Source of the DNA: Halorarum halobium
GTDB taxonomy: Archaea > Halobacteriota > Halobacteria > Halobacteriales > Haloferacaceae
Length of the DNA stretch: 64,000 nt
Direction: 5' to 3'
NCBI RefSeq assembly: GCF_032116555.1
Contig: NZ_CP134949.1
Location: 868,001-932,000 of the forward strand
Shown here in pieces: positions 1 through 10,260 of this stretch. The translations under genes were made by a program, and so were the position numbers. Within the stretch, counting starts at the first letter, position 1; each line of letters begins with the position of its first letter. The notes beneath the pieces were generated by a model. The model was not told the DNA's origin and did no database searches. It saw only the letters and a program-made list of their open reading frames with translations.

Positions 1-94
1 TTCGGCAGGGCGGGTCGGCGACGAGGAGGGCTCCGATTCGGGCTGTCCCGCCGGCGAGTCCGGGCCGCTCGCCGGGTCGGAGGCCGACCGATGA
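1..94 (+). CDS. trpE: 3' end of upstream gene, probably anthranilate synthase component I (partial)
   Basis: Frame 2 is open to TGA at 92-94, overlapping the trpG ATG (ATGA coupling); GGAGG just upstream of trpG. Identity inferred only from the usual trpE-trpG order. Confidence 0.5.
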   Translation, partial: SAGRVGDEEGSDSGCPAGESGPLAGSEADR

Positions 95-687
95 ACGTCA
101 CCGTCCTCGACAACTACGACTCGTTCACGTACAACCTCGTCGAGTACGTCAGCGACCTCGACCTCCCCGACGGCCGGCCGTCCATCGAGGTGCTGACGAA
201 CGACGTCCCGCTGGCGGCGGTCCGGGACGCCGACCCGGACGCGCTGGTCATCAGTCCCGGCCCCGGCCACCCGAAGAACGACCGCGACGTCGGCGTAACG
301 ATGCCGGTCCTGCGGGAGCTTTCCCCCACGGTCCCGACGCTGGGCGTCTGTCTCGGCCTGGAGGCGGCGGTGTACGAGTACGGCGGGACGGTCGGGCACG
401 CGCCGGAACCGATCCACGGGAAGGCGTTCCCGGTCGAGCACGACGGCGCGGGCGTGTTCGCGGGCCTGGACCAGGGGTTCAGGGCGGGCCGGTACCACTC
501 GCTCGTCGCCACCGCGGTGCCGGACTGTTTCGACGTGACGGCGACGACAGACCACGGCGGGGAGTCGCTCGTGATGGGCGTCAGACACCGCGAGCACCCG
601 ATCGAGGCCGTGCAGTTCCACCCGGAGTCGGTGCTCACGGCGGTGGGACACGACGTCGTGGCGAACTTCCTGACCGAGTGCGTCTGA
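91..687 (+). CDS. trpG: Anthranilate synthase component II (glutamine amidotransferase)
   Basis: DNYDSFTYNL, ISPGPGHP, GVCLG, RYHSL and QFHPES class I GATase motifs. Confidence 0.95.
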   Translation: MNVTVLDNYDSFTYNLVEYVSDLDLPDGRPSIEVLTNDVPLAAVRDADPDALVISPGPGHPKNDRDVGVTMPVLRELSPTVPTLGVCLGLEAAVYEYGGTVGHAPEPIHGKAFPVEHDGAGVFAGLDQGFRAGRYHSLVATAVPDCFDVTATTDHGGESLVMGVRHREHPIEAVQFHPESVLTAVGHDVVANFLTECV

Positions 688-741
688 GGCCGTGCGGAAC
701 GGCGATTCGGTCGTCGGCCCTCGACCGTCGGCGGACCCCGC

Positions 742-954
742 TCAGATGAGGTACGTCGTGACGAGCAGGAACGCGCCGACGCCGACGGCCGCGATGAGCG
801 CGATCTTCCAGGCGATCTTCATCACGATCCGCCCGACGAGCAGGACCGCGAGGAACGCCACGGTGGCGAGGAAGACCTGTCCGAGGGTGCCGTCGAAGGG
901 GGCCGGAAGCTGCTGTAGCGCGGTGCCGACGAGCGGGGCGAGTTCCACGACCAT
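742..954 (-). CDS. Small two-TM membrane protein (70 aa)
   Basis: MVVELAPLVG...FLAVLLVGRIVMKIAWKIALIAAVGVGAFLLV; two hydrophobic helices; start moved to ATG 954. Confidence 0.75.
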   Translation of the reverse strand: MVVELAPLVGTALQQLPAPFDGTLGQVFLATVAFLAVLLVGRIVMKIAWKIALIAAVGVGAFLLVTTYLI

Positions 955-1363
955 GCTCGCTCCGTAGACGGGCCTCCTACATACCGCTTGTCCCTCGATT
1001 AGGCACACCGTATCCGGCGGTACTCCGGGGATACTAACCACGTATGCACAATACTGCATCCCGTTCCCGTCGTCACGTTTCCACTCGAACCGCACGACTG
1101 AACAACTTTCGCTCCGCTCTACACACTCTTATACTTCCGGAGGACGTATCAGCACACATCCGGAAGCGATTCACCCCGGCAGGGCCGTCGCCGCGAAGCG
1201 ACGGTGCCCAACCGTGGTTGAATTAATGAAACTACGTTCGGACCCACAACGGTTATGAGCGTGGGTCCGGAAGCGAACTTCCGTCCGAACCACCCATGGA
1301 ACACCACCACGCAATCACCGAATTCGCTCGCAAGCGGGCCCGCTCGGGGGAGGGGCACGAGGA

Positions 1364-4300
1364 ATGAGCCGCGCGGACCTCGGCGCGGACGAACTCGACC
1401 TCCCGATCAAACGTACCGAGGGGAACACCCTCCGGGAGCGACTCACCGGTAACGCCTACGACAACATCCTGCCCGCGCGCTACCTCCGCAAGGACGCCGA
1501 CGGCAACCTCACCGAGACCCAGGAGGAGCTGTTCGTCCGCGTCGCGGAGAACATCGCGCTCGCCGAGGCCGTCTACGAGGCCGACAAGCGCGGCGTCGAG
1601 GTGACGGTCACGCCAGACCAGCTCAAGCCCGACCACCCGCGCCGCGACGAACTCGCTGCGGAGGTCTTCGGCAAGGGGGTCTCCCCGGAGGACGACGCCG
1701 AGACGACGCTTTCGGTCCACAACGTCAACAAGTTCGCCTACGACACGGTCGTTCCCGACCTCCCCGACGACGTCGCCGCCCACGTCGAGGACGTGGCCGA
1801 CGAGTTCCGTGAGCTGATGGAGCAGCTCTCCTTCATGCCGAACTCGCCGACGCTGATGAACGCCGGCGACGAGCTCCAGCAGCTGTCGGCCTGCTTCGTC
1901 GACTCGCCGGGCGACGACATCGACGACATCCACCAGACGGCCAAGGAGGCCGCCCAGGTGTTCCAGTCGGGCGGCGGCATGGGCTACGCGTTCTGGAAGC
2001 TCCGCCCGTACGGCGACGCGGTCGGCTCCACCGGCGGCATCGCCTCCGGACCGATCACGTTCATGCGGACGTTCGACCAGATGTGCGAGACGATCGCACA
2101 GGGCGGGGCCCGCCGCGGCGCCCAGATGGGCGTCATGCGCGTCTCCCACCCCGACGTCATCCAGTTCATCCACGCGAAGAACAAGGACGTCTCGCTGGCG
2201 AACACGCTGAAGCTGAACGACCCCGACGACTACACCCACACCTCCTTCGCGGACGCGCTGGAGGAGGCCCGCGAGCTCATCGGCGAGGACGGCAAGGTGC
2301 CAAAGCACCTCCGCAACGCCGTCGAGGGCCACCTCTCGAACTTCAACATCTCCGTCGGCGTCACCGACGACTTCATGGACGCGCTGGAGGCCGGCGAGGA
2401 GTTCACGTTCACCAACCCGCGCACGGAGGAGCCCCACGTCGCCACGCCCGAGACGAAGGAGCTGTACGACATGTTCGGGCTCGGCGAGCACGTCGAGGTC
2501 GGCGAGACCCTCTCGGTGCCCGCCGAGGCGCTCTGGGAGCACATCGTCGCCGGCGCCCACGAGAACGGCGAGCCGGGGATCGTCTACCTCGAGCGCATCA
2601 ACAAGCTCCACAGCTTCGACGTGGAGGAGCACCCCGAGCACCGCATCCTCGCGACGAACCCCTGCGGCGAGCAGCCCCTCGAGGAGTACGAGGCCTGCAA
2701 CCTCGGCCACATCAACCTCTCGACGCTCGCGGCGACCGACGCGCCCGACTGGCGCGTCTGGAGCGAGGAGCACGCCGGCGAGTTCGACTCGCAGGCGGAC
2801 GCAGTCGAGGTGTTCCTGGAGGACGCGATGGACTGGGAGGCGTTCGACCACCGGATCGCCTACGGCACCCGGTTCCTGGAGAACGTCGTCACGATGTCGG
2901 ACTTCCCGGTCGAGGAGATCGAGCGGAAGGTCCGCGAGATGCGCAAGATCGGGCTCGGCGTCATGGGGCTAGCACAGCTGTACATCCAGCTGGGCGTCCG
3001 CTACGGCAGCGACGTCGGCAACGAGATCGCCGACCAGCTCATGACCCACATCAACCACGGGTCGAAGTGGACCTCCCACGTGCTCGCCGAACAGCGCGGC
3101 TCGTTCGACGACTGGGACGACTCGAAGTACGCGAACCCGACCGAACACGCCGAGTGGTTCGAGCAGTACGTCGGCGAGGACCCCGAGCAGTGGGCCGACG
3201 GCTTCCCGATCCGCAACCACAACACGACGACCATCGCCCCGACGGGGACGACCTCGATGGTCGGCAACACGACGGGCGGCTGTGAGCCCATCTACAACGT
3301 CGCCTACTACAAGAACGTCTCCGACGACGTGCAGGGCGACGAGATGCTCGTCGAGTTCGACGACTACTTCCTCCGCACGCTGGAGGCGAACGGCATCGAC
3401 GTCGAGGCCGTCAAGCGCGAGGCCCAGGAGCAGATGGCCGCGAACGAGTTCGACGGCGTCGACGGGCTCGACACCGTCCCGGACGCCATCGGCGAGCTGT
3501 TCGTCGTCACCGGCGACCTCACCGCGAAGGACCACGCGGGCGTGCAGGTGGCCTGCCAGGCCGGCGTCGACTCGGCCATCTCGAAGACGGTGAACGCGCC
3601 CAACGACTCCACCGTCGAGGACGCCGACGAGGTGTTCCGCTACATCTACGAGCACGGCGGCAAGGGCGTCACCTACTACCGCGACGGCACCCGCTCGAAG
3701 CAGGTGCTCACGACCCGCGCGGACAACGCGGAGTTCGCCGACGAGAGCGAGGCCGCCGAGGCGCTCGTCGACCAGATCTCGGAGGTGTTCGGCGGCATCG
3801 AGGGGTTCCTCGAGAACGAGGACGTGCGCGCGGCCGTCGACGCGGAGGTCGAGGGGCTGCTCGAGGCGGCGGACGGCGAGCAACCGACCGTCGACTACAC
3901 CGAGAAGCGCCCGCGCCCCGACTCGCTGCGCGGCATCACCCAGCTCATCCAGACGGGCTACGGGAAGGTGTACGTCACCATCAACGAGGACCCGAGCACC
4001 GGCGAGCCGTTCGAGCTGTTCGCCAACATCGGCCACTCGGGCGGGTTCACCAACTCCTTCACCGAGTCGCTGGCGAAGGTCATCTCCACGGCGCTGCGCT
4101 CGGGCGTCGACCCGAGCGAGATCGTCGACGAACTGCAGGGCACACGCAGCCCGAAGGTCGCCTGGGACAAGGGCGAGCAGATCCAGTCCATCCCGGACGC
4201 CATCGGCACCGCGCTCCGGCGCTACCTCGACGACGAGGTGGACAAGGGCTACCCGGACCAGCAGACGCTCGACGAGGTCGAGGAGGACGCGGGCGGGCCG

Positions 4301-4489
4301 GAGATCCCCGAGGCGGACGGCGGCTCCGCGACGGCCGAATCACCCAACGACGACGGGCCGATGGCCGACGCGGTGGACGAACTCATCGCCAACGGCGAGT
4401 CGCCCGAGTGTCCCGACTGCGGCAGCATGACGCTGTACTACTCGGAGGGCTGCAAGACGTGCGAGTCCTGCGGCTGGTCCGAGTGCTAG
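1364..4489 (+). CDS. nrdJ: Adenosylcobalamin-dependent (class II) ribonucleotide reductase with C-terminal TSCPD-like region and Zn ribbon
   Basis: PNSPTLMNAG, LSACFV, TNPCGEQPL, EACNLG, IAPTGT, ISKTVN; C-terminal CPDC...EGCKTCESCGWSEC. Confidence 0.96.
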   Translation: MSRADLGADELDLPIKRTEGNTLRERLTGNAYDNILPARYLRKDADGNLTETQEELFVRVAENIALAEAVYEADKRGVEVTVTPDQLKPDHPRRDELAAEVFGKGVSPEDDAETTLSVHNVNKFAYDTVVPDLPDDVAAHVEDVADEFRELMEQLSFMPNSPTLMNAGDELQQLSACFVDSPGDDIDDIHQTAKEAAQVFQSGGGMGYAFWKLRPYGDAVGSTGGIASGPITFMRTFDQMCETIAQGGARRGAQMGVMRVSHPDVIQFIHAKNKDVSLANTLKLNDPDDYTHTSFADALEEARELIGEDGKVPKHLRNAVEGHLSNFNISVGVTDDFMDALEAGEEFTFTNPRTEEPHVATPETKELYDMFGLGEHVEVGETLSVPAEALWEHIVAGAHENGEPGIVYLERINKLHSFDVEEHPEHRILATNPCGEQPLEEYEACNLGHINLSTLAATDAPDWRVWSEEHAGEFDSQADAVEVFLEDAMDWEAFDHRIAYGTRFLENVVTMSDFPVEEIERKVREMRKIGLGVMGLAQLYIQLGVRYGSDVGNEIADQLMTHINHGSKWTSHVLAEQRGSFDDWDDSKYANPTEHAEWFEQYVGEDPEQWADGFPIRNHNTTTIAPTGTTSMVGNTTGGCEPIYNVAYYKNVSDDVQGDEMLVEFDDYFLRTLEANGIDVEAVKREAQEQMAANEFDGVDGLDTVPDAIGELFVVTGDLTAKDHAGVQVACQAGVDSAISKTVNAPNDSTVEDADEVFRYIYEHGGKGVTYYRDGTRSKQVLTTRADNAEFADESEAAEALVDQISEVFGGIEGFLENEDVRAAVDAEVEGLLEAADGEQPTVDYTEKRPRPDSLRGITQLIQTGYGKVYVTINEDPSTGEPFELFANIGHSGGFTNSFTESLAKVISTALRSGVDPSEIVDELQGTRSPKVAWDKGEQIQSIPDAIGTALRRYLDDEVDKGYPDQQTLDEVEEDAGGPEIPEADGGSATAESPNDDGPMADAVDELIANGESPECPDCGSMTLYYSEGCKTCESCGWSEC

Positions 4490-4581
4490 CTCGTCGGTGA
4501 GTTCGGGTCGCTGATCGGTTCGTCTTCTTTTGGCGTGTCTCCTGCTGTGGGCAGCACCACAGCCACCGTGGTCACGACCGC

Positions 4582-4791
4582 GGAAGCCCCCGCGGCTCTC
4601 GGCTCGGGGGCCTCGCTGCGCTTCTCGTCGCTCGCTACACTCGCTCCTGCGGTGCTTGCGTCGTCCGCCGTTCACGAGAGCTCTGCTCTCGTGAGATCGC
4701 GGGAGTGTCCCGCGAACGATGCAAGCACCGCAGCGACCGCAGGGAACGAGGAGCGCAGGGAGGCGCGCGAGCGCAGAAGCCGGGGGCTTTC
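4582..4791. repeat. Family A palindromic intergenic element (self-inverted copy)
   Basis: Ends GAAGCCCCC / GGGGGCTTTC; internal inverted CTGCGGTGCTTGCGTCGT / ACGATGCAAGCACCGCAG; central twin hairpins CACGAGAGC-TCT-GCTCTCGTG and TCGCGGGA-GTG-TCCCGCGA. Confidence 0.8.
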
Positions 4792-4909
4792 GACCCAGAC
4801 GCGATCGTACCGCATACCTCGACAAAACTGGCACGGACGGCAGGACTACCGAGGACGACGAGCGAGCGAATCGCCAGCCGTAAATCCACGACCGCCCCAA
4901 CCACGGACG

Positions 4910-5302
4910 ATGACCGAGACGCTCGACGACGACCTCTACGAGCGGACGAAGGCGCTGCTGGAACCCGGCGACATCGAGCTGGAGGGCCTCATCGTCCACA
5001 CCGACCTCGGGGGCGAGGACGACCTGGAGCTCCACGAACTCACCGTCGAGCTCAACGACGTCGTCGCGGACCACGCGGGCAAGGGCGAGACGTACATCCA
5101 CGCCGGCAACGACGACCCCGACTTCGCCTCGAACCAGTTCCAGGGCCGCACGCTGGAGGACGAGTCGTTCGTCTGGGAGTGCCAGCAACTGCTCCGCGAG
5201 GGCTCGTTCGCCATCGTCTGCTACTTCGAGGCCACGGCCGACACCGAGGCCATCGCCGCCGACGTGGAGGCGCTCGGCCACCGGACGACGGTCGTTCGCT
5301 GA
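4910..5302 (+). CDS. Conserved haloarchaeal hypothetical protein (DUF5778-like)
   Basis: Acidic 130-aa ORF MTETLDDDLYERTKALLEPG...FASNQFQG...FVWECQQLLREG; start moved past the repeat. Confidence 0.8.
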   Translation: MTETLDDDLYERTKALLEPGDIELEGLIVHTDLGGEDDLELHELTVELNDVVADHAGKGETYIHAGNDDPDFASNQFQGRTLEDESFVWECQQLLREGSFAIVCYFEATADTEAIAADVEALGHRTTVVR

Positions 5303-5398
5303 GGCGAGTTCCCGTACACCGGGCGGTGACTCCCGGTTCTCGACCGGAACCGATCCGGGAGCGCGAGCCTTATGCCCCGCCCGTCCCGACCCCGACAC

Positions 5399-6508
5399 AT
5401 GACCCAGGTCGAGTCCGACGCCGACCTCTCGACGCTCGACCGCGCCGTCGTCAACGCCTTCCAGGGTGGGTTCCCCGTCGTCGCAGAGCCGTGGGAGCCG
5501 GCCGCAACGGCGCTCCGCGAGCGCGGCGTGGACGTGACCGGCCCGGAGCTGCTCGCGGCCGTGCGGGACCTCGACGAGCGCGGCGTCCTCTCGCGGTTCG
5601 GCGCGCTCGTGAACGCCGAGGAGATCGGCGGCACCGCGACGCTCGTCGCCATGCACGCCCCGCCCGAGCGGTTCGAGGCGGTCGCGGAGACGGTGAACGG
5701 CTACCGCGAGGTGGCCCACAACTACGAGCGCGAGCACCCCCACCTCAACATGTGGTTCGTGCTAAGCGTCGCCAGCGAGCCGCAGGGGGCCTCGGACGGC
5801 CGCGGTGGAACCGCGAGCGAGCGCGTCGAGGAGGTGCTCGCGAGCATCGAGGCCGACACGGGCCAGGAGACGTACAACCTTCCCAAGCAGCGGGAGTTCC
5901 ACGTCGGCGCGAAGTTCCTGCTGGACGGCCCCGTGTCGGCGGGCGATCTGGACCTCTCCGGGCTCGGACCTGACGTGACTCCCACCGACGGCGGAACGAT
6001 CACCCCGGACGAGCGCGACCTCGTCGTGGAGATCCAGGGCGGCCTCCCGATCACCGAGACGCCGTACGCCGACGTGGCCGCCGAACTCGACCAGCCGACC
6101 GAGTGGGTCGTGGAGACGATCAAGCGGTTCGACCTCGAGGGGAAGGTGCGCCGCGTCGGCGTCATCCCGAACCACTACGCGCTCGGCTACACCGAGAACG
6201 GCATGACCGTCTGGGACGTCCCCGACGACGTGCTGGACGAGGTGGGCGAGACGGTCGCGGAGCTGGGCTTCGTCACCCACTGCTATCACCGCCCGCGCCA
6301 CGAGGGCGTCTGGCCGTACAACTTCTTCGCGATGACCCACGGCCGGGACGAGGCCGAGAGCGAGCGCCGGGTCGAGCAGGTGCGCGAGACGATGACCGAG
6401 TTCTGGGACGTCGCTGACGGGGACTGGGACACGCTGTTCTCGACGCGCATCCTGAAGAAGACCGGAATCAGGCTGGCCGAGCGCGCCGACGTGGAACCCG
6501 AGGAGTGA
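5399..6508 (+). CDS. ahbAB: Siroheme decarboxylase, fused AhbA/AhbB (NirDL-like, tandem AsnC-like domains)
   Basis: Two repeats with VAHNYEREHPHLNMWFV and VTHCYHRPR...WPYNFFAMTHG; lies upstream of sirC and hemA. Confidence 0.88.
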   Translation: MTQVESDADLSTLDRAVVNAFQGGFPVVAEPWEPAATALRERGVDVTGPELLAAVRDLDERGVLSRFGALVNAEEIGGTATLVAMHAPPERFEAVAETVNGYREVAHNYEREHPHLNMWFVLSVASEPQGASDGRGGTASERVEEVLASIEADTGQETYNLPKQREFHVGAKFLLDGPVSAGDLDLSGLGPDVTPTDGGTITPDERDLVVEIQGGLPITETPYADVAAELDQPTEWVVETIKRFDLEGKVRRVGVIPNHYALGYTENGMTVWDVPDDVLDEVGETVAELGFVTHCYHRPRHEGVWPYNFFAMTHGRDEAESERRVEQVRETMTEFWDVADGDWDTLFSTRILKKTGIRLAERADVEPEE

Positions 6509-6591
6509 TCCGTTCGATGTGTGGAATGGGTCGTCGGTACGGGGGGTCGAGTGGTTCGAGACGGGGCGGTTGGAAACACGAAGTACGGTTC

Positions 6592-6830
6592 GAAAGCCCC
6601 CGCGGCGCTCGGCTCCCGCGAACCGCGCTGTGCTCCTCGTCGCTCGGCCTCCGGCCTCCCTCCTGCGGTGCTTACGGGTTCGGGGTTCGCCGACCGCCGC
6701 GGCCCCTTTCAGTCCCGCCCGACAGCACCCGCCCCGCACAGCCACACGCCTCCCCAGCCGATTCGCTCGCTGCGCTCACTCATCCCTCGAGTGCGTCCGG
6801 CGCGGCTCCGTCCGCGCCGGCACGCGCCCC
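6592..6830. repeat. Family A intergenic element, full-length copy
   Basis: GAAAGCCCCCGC start; GCCGCGGCCCCTTTCAGTCCCGCCC at 6696-6720; CCTCCCCAGCCGATTCGCTCG and CTCATCCCTCG shared with the 56678 copy. Confidence 0.85.
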
Positions 6831-6860
6831 GCCGGATGATTCCTCATCGTGGTGGCATTC

Positions 6861-7502
6861 ATGATCCCGTTGCTCCACGACTTCACCGACGAGACGGTCG
6901 TCGTCTTCGGCGGCGGGCCGGTCGGCGCGCGGAAGGCCCGGCGGTTCGCCCCCGAGGCGCGCACGGTCGTCGTCAGCCCCGCGTTCTGTGACTCGTCGTT
7001 CGGCGACGCGGACCTCGTCCGCGCGGAGCCGACGCCGGCCGACGTCGGCGAGTTCGTCGCCAGCCTCGATCCGGCGCTCGTCGTCGCGGCGACCGACGAC
7101 GGGGCGGTCAACGACGCCGCGGAGTCGGCCGCCCGCGAGGCCGGCGCGCTGGTGAACCGGGCCGACGCCTCGGGAGGCCGCGACGCGGGCAGCGTCGTCG
7201 TGCCGGCGACCGTCCGCGAGGACCCGGTCGTCGTCGCGCTGGCGACCGGCGGCACCGCGCCGGCGCTCTCGCGCTACCTCCGGGAACGGGTCGAGGAGGA
7301 GGTCGAACACGCAGGCGAGATGGCGACGCTCGTCGGCGAGATCAGGGACGAGTTGCGCGAGGGAGACGCGTCCCCATCGGAGCGCCGTGACGCGGTTCGG
7401 GCGGTCGTGCGGTCGTCCGCGGTTTGGAAGGGTTTACAAGACGGGGTCGCCAACGCTCGCCAAGAGGCAGACCGGGTAATGCAGGGGGTACTCGATGACT
7501 GA
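6861..7502 (+). CDS. sirC: Precorrin-2 dehydrogenase (siroheme synthase N-terminal type)
   Basis: MIPLLHDF, Rossmann VVFGGGPVGARKA, AATDD, LVNRAD, TGGTAPAL. Confidence 0.9.
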   Translation: MIPLLHDFTDETVVVFGGGPVGARKARRFAPEARTVVVSPAFCDSSFGDADLVRAEPTPADVGEFVASLDPALVVAATDDGAVNDAAESAAREAGALVNRADASGGRDAGSVVVPATVREDPVVVALATGGTAPALSRYLRERVEEEVEHAGEMATLVGEIRDELREGDASPSERRDAVRAVVRSSAVWKGLQDGVANARQEADRVMQGVLDD

Positions 7503-8847
7503 GGCGGGCGTGGTACGCGGCGTCAGCGTTAGCCACGCGCGGGCCGACGTCGAGGATATCGGGTCGGTCGGCGGCGACGCGGCGGCCGACACCGTCTCGG
7601 GCCTGCTCGCCCGCGATGGCGTCACCGAGGCGTTCGCCATCCGGACCTGCAACCGGGCGGAGGCGTACGTCGTCGCCGACGACGGGGAGGCGGGCGAGGC
7701 CGCGCTCGCCGACTTCGCCGCGGCCGTCCCCGAGGAGGTCGTCGTCAGCCTGGACCACGAGTCCTCGCTCCGGCACCTGATGCGGGTCGCCGCCGGCCTG
7801 GAGTCGCTCGTGCTGGGCGAGGACCAGATCATCGGCCAGGTGAAGCGGGCGTTCGCCGAGTCCCGGCGGGCGGGCGGCATCGACGCGATGCTCGACGGCG
7901 TGCTCACGAAGGCCATCCACGTCGGCGAGCGCGCCCGCGCCGAGACGGCGATCAACGAGGGCTCGGTGTCGCTCGGCTCCGCCGCGGTCGAACTCGCGGC
8001 CGAGGAACTCGACCTCACGGGCTCGACGGCCGCCGTGCTCGGCGCCGGCGAGATGGGGACGCTCGCGGCCCGCGCGCTCGACGACGCCGGGGTCGACCGG
8101 GTCGTCGTCGCCAACCGGACGGTTCCCCACGCCGAACACGTCGCCTGCGAACTCGACGTCTCCGCCGAGGCGGTCCCGCTCGCGGACGCGCCCGCGGCGG
8201 CCCACGAGGCGGACGTGCTCATCAGCGCCACCGGTGCCGACGGCTACGTGCTCGAGGCCGACGACCTGGCCGACGCCGGCGACGTCGTCTGTATCGACCT
8301 GGCCCAGCCGCGCGACGTCGACCCCGACGCGGCGGTCGGCGACGCGGCGGCCGGCACCGCGTCGACCGGCGACGAGAGCGGCGTGACGGTTCACGACCTC
8401 GACGCGCTGAAGGCGGTGACCGCCGAGACCCAGGCGAGCCGACGGAGCGAGGCCGAGCGGGTCGAGGCGATGATCGACGAGGAGATGGACAGGCTGCTCG
8501 CGTCGTTCAAGCGCAGGCGGGCCGACGAGGCCATCTCCGCGATGTACGAGGGCGCCGAACGGACGAAAGCGCGCGAACTCGACCGGGCGCTGACGAAGCT
8601 TGAGGCGCAGGGCGAACTGCCCGACGAACAGCGCGAGACCGTCGAGTCGCTCGCCGACGCGCTCGTCGGGCAGTTGCTCGCGGCACCCACGAAGAGCCTC
8701 CGCGAGGCGGCGATGGAGGACGACTGGGACACGATCCACGCGGCGATGGAGCTGTTCGACCCCGAGTTCGAGACGCCGGCCGTGGAGTCGGACGACGGCG
8801 TTGCGGGTCCCCCGGAGCGGGTCTCCGAGCAGTTCACGGACGACTGA
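7495..8847 (+). CDS. hemA: Glutamyl-tRNA reductase
   Basis: TCNRAE, GLESLVLGEDQI, GAGEMG, ANRT, DLAQPRDVD. Confidence 0.96.
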   Translation: MTEAGVVRGVSVSHARADVEDIGSVGGDAAADTVSGLLARDGVTEAFAIRTCNRAEAYVVADDGEAGEAALADFAAAVPEEVVVSLDHESSLRHLMRVAAGLESLVLGEDQIIGQVKRAFAESRRAGGIDAMLDGVLTKAIHVGERARAETAINEGSVSLGSAAVELAAEELDLTGSTAAVLGAGEMGTLAARALDDAGVDRVVVANRTVPHAEHVACELDVSAEAVPLADAPAAAHEADVLISATGADGYVLEADDLADAGDVVCIDLAQPRDVDPDAAVGDAAAGTASTGDESGVTVHDLDALKAVTAETQASRRSEAERVEAMIDEEMDRLLASFKRRRADEAISAMYEGAERTKARELDRALTKLEAQGELPDEQRETVESLADALVGQLLAAPTKSLREAAMEDDWDTIHAAMELFDPEFETPAVESDDGVAGPPERVSEQFTDD

Positions 8848-8981
8848 ATCGCGGGACTGCCGGGCCGTGAGTGCGTTCGTCGCCGGCTCGCCGGGTCGCC
8901 TTCGACGCGCGTCGGTCAGCCGTCAGACCTGTTCCCGTCCTGTGGGAAAACGTGATGTGTGATGACACCACAGCTAGTCCC

Positions 8982-9896
8982 ATGACTCAGATGGGCGGTG
9001 GCGTCGGCAGGCTCCCCACCTCCTCGGTCGAGGAGAGCGTGGAGTCCGCCTGTTACGTCGCCGACTGTGGGCACCCCGAACTCGTCGCCGCGGTGACGGT
9101 GCTGTGTCTCACCGCCGCGTTCCTCCTGCTCTCCGGCATCGTTCTCGACAGGATCTTCGAGGCGCGGGACGCCCTGGAGGTCGAACGGACGCGGACGCGG
9201 GCCGAGCGGGACGCGTTCGATCGCTTCAGGCGGCGCGTCACGACGCTCGACCCGACCGAACTCGGGCCACCGGACCCGCAACCCGGCGGTGGGGGGGTGT
9301 TGGCCGTCGCCGGCGGCTCGGTCAGGGACGACACGGCGCTTTCTGCGGCCCGGGACGCGTACCGCGAGACGGTCATGGCGACGGCCCACTACGAGGAGGA
9401 GTACGACGAGTCGCTCGCGGAGAACGTGAGCGAGGAGTTCTCCGACACGGTCGCGTCCGCGCTGACGGGCGGGGACGCGCTCACCCCGCAACTCCACCTC
9501 GCGCTCGCCGACGGGGCCGACCGCGCGCGCCGCGAGCGCGACGAACTGCTGGCCGAACTGGACCGCGAGGAGGCGGCGCTCAGCGAGTCCGAGGACGCGC
9601 TCACGCCGGCGGCCGAGGCCGCGGAGGGGATCCTCGAGTCCGACCTCGACCGCTCGGGCTACGCGGACCTCATCGCCGACTACGAGCGCGCCGAGTGGCA
9701 CGAGCGGCAGGTCGAGTCGCTGCTCGCGGACCGGCAGGCGACGGTCCACGAGCGCGAGTCAGAGCGGCCGTACTGGTACGAGTACCTCTACGGGAGCCTC
9801 CGGTCGCCCTACCCGGTGCTGGCGGCGGGCACCGAGACGCTGGCGGCGCTGGCGGACGCGAAGGACGAACTGGCCGGCGCGGCGACGACGCGCTGA
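8982..9896 (+). CDS. Haloarchaeal hypothetical protein with one TM helix and coiled coil (DUF7260-like); start uncertain (8955/8982/8991)
   Basis: ERDAFDRFRRRV and AYRETVMATAHYEEEYDESL motifs; acidic composition. Confidence 0.7.
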   Translation: MTQMGGGVGRLPTSSVEESVESACYVADCGHPELVAAVTVLCLTAAFLLLSGIVLDRIFEARDALEVERTRTRAERDAFDRFRRRVTTLDPTELGPPDPQPGGGGVLAVAGGSVRDDTALSAARDAYRETVMATAHYEEEYDESLAENVSEEFSDTVASALTGGDALTPQLHLALADGADRARRERDELLAELDREEAALSESEDALTPAAEAAEGILESDLDRSGYADLIADYERAEWHERQVESLLADRQATVHERESERPYWYEYLYGSLRSPYPVLAAGTETLAALADAKDELAGAATTR

Positions 9897-9935
9897 CCGG
9901 GAAGCGCTTTTCCTTCTCGCGTGTGACCTCCTCGC

Positions 9936-10214
9936 ATGGCCGAACTACTGACCGACGAGGAGGTTTCGGATCGACTGCCCGACGGCTGGGAGCGCGACGG
10001 CGACGAGATCGTCCGGACCTTCGAGTTCGACTCGTATCTCGAAGGCGTCGGCTTCGCTGCCGGCGCGGGCGGGCTGGCCGAGGAGGCGTTCCACCACCCG
10101 GAACTCACGATCGGGTGGCGCGAGGTGGAGGCCCGCCTCACGACCCACGACGCGGGTGGCATCACGGGCAAGGACGTCGAGCTCGCGGGCCGGTTCAACG
10201 AACTGGCCGACTGA
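9936..10214 (+). CDS. Pterin-4a-carbinolamine dehydratase
   Basis: AEEAFHHPEL and LTTHDAGGIT motifs. Confidence 0.92.
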   Translation: MAELLTDEEVSDRLPDGWERDGDEIVRTFEFDSYLEGVGFAAGAGGLAEEAFHHPELTIGWREVEARLTTHDAGGITGKDVELAGRFNELAD

Positions 10215-10260
10215 TGACCGGCGTCGCGGACGGGGTGCGAGCGCGGCCCGGACACGGCTG

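Noticed and set aside
960..1363. Cobalamin riboswitch or NrdR box upstream of nrdJ
   Set aside because: No recognisable B12-box (GCCACTG...GGGAAG) or NrdR consensus.
1364..4489. Intein in nrdJ
   Set aside because: Catalytic motifs are contiguous and no intein splice motifs or LAGLIDADG blocks were seen.
6505..6864. ORFs across the repeat elements (6505, 6519, 37321, 56671, 56716 etc.)
   Set aside because: Basic, low-complexity translations of palindromic repeat DNA, unlike the acidic proteome.
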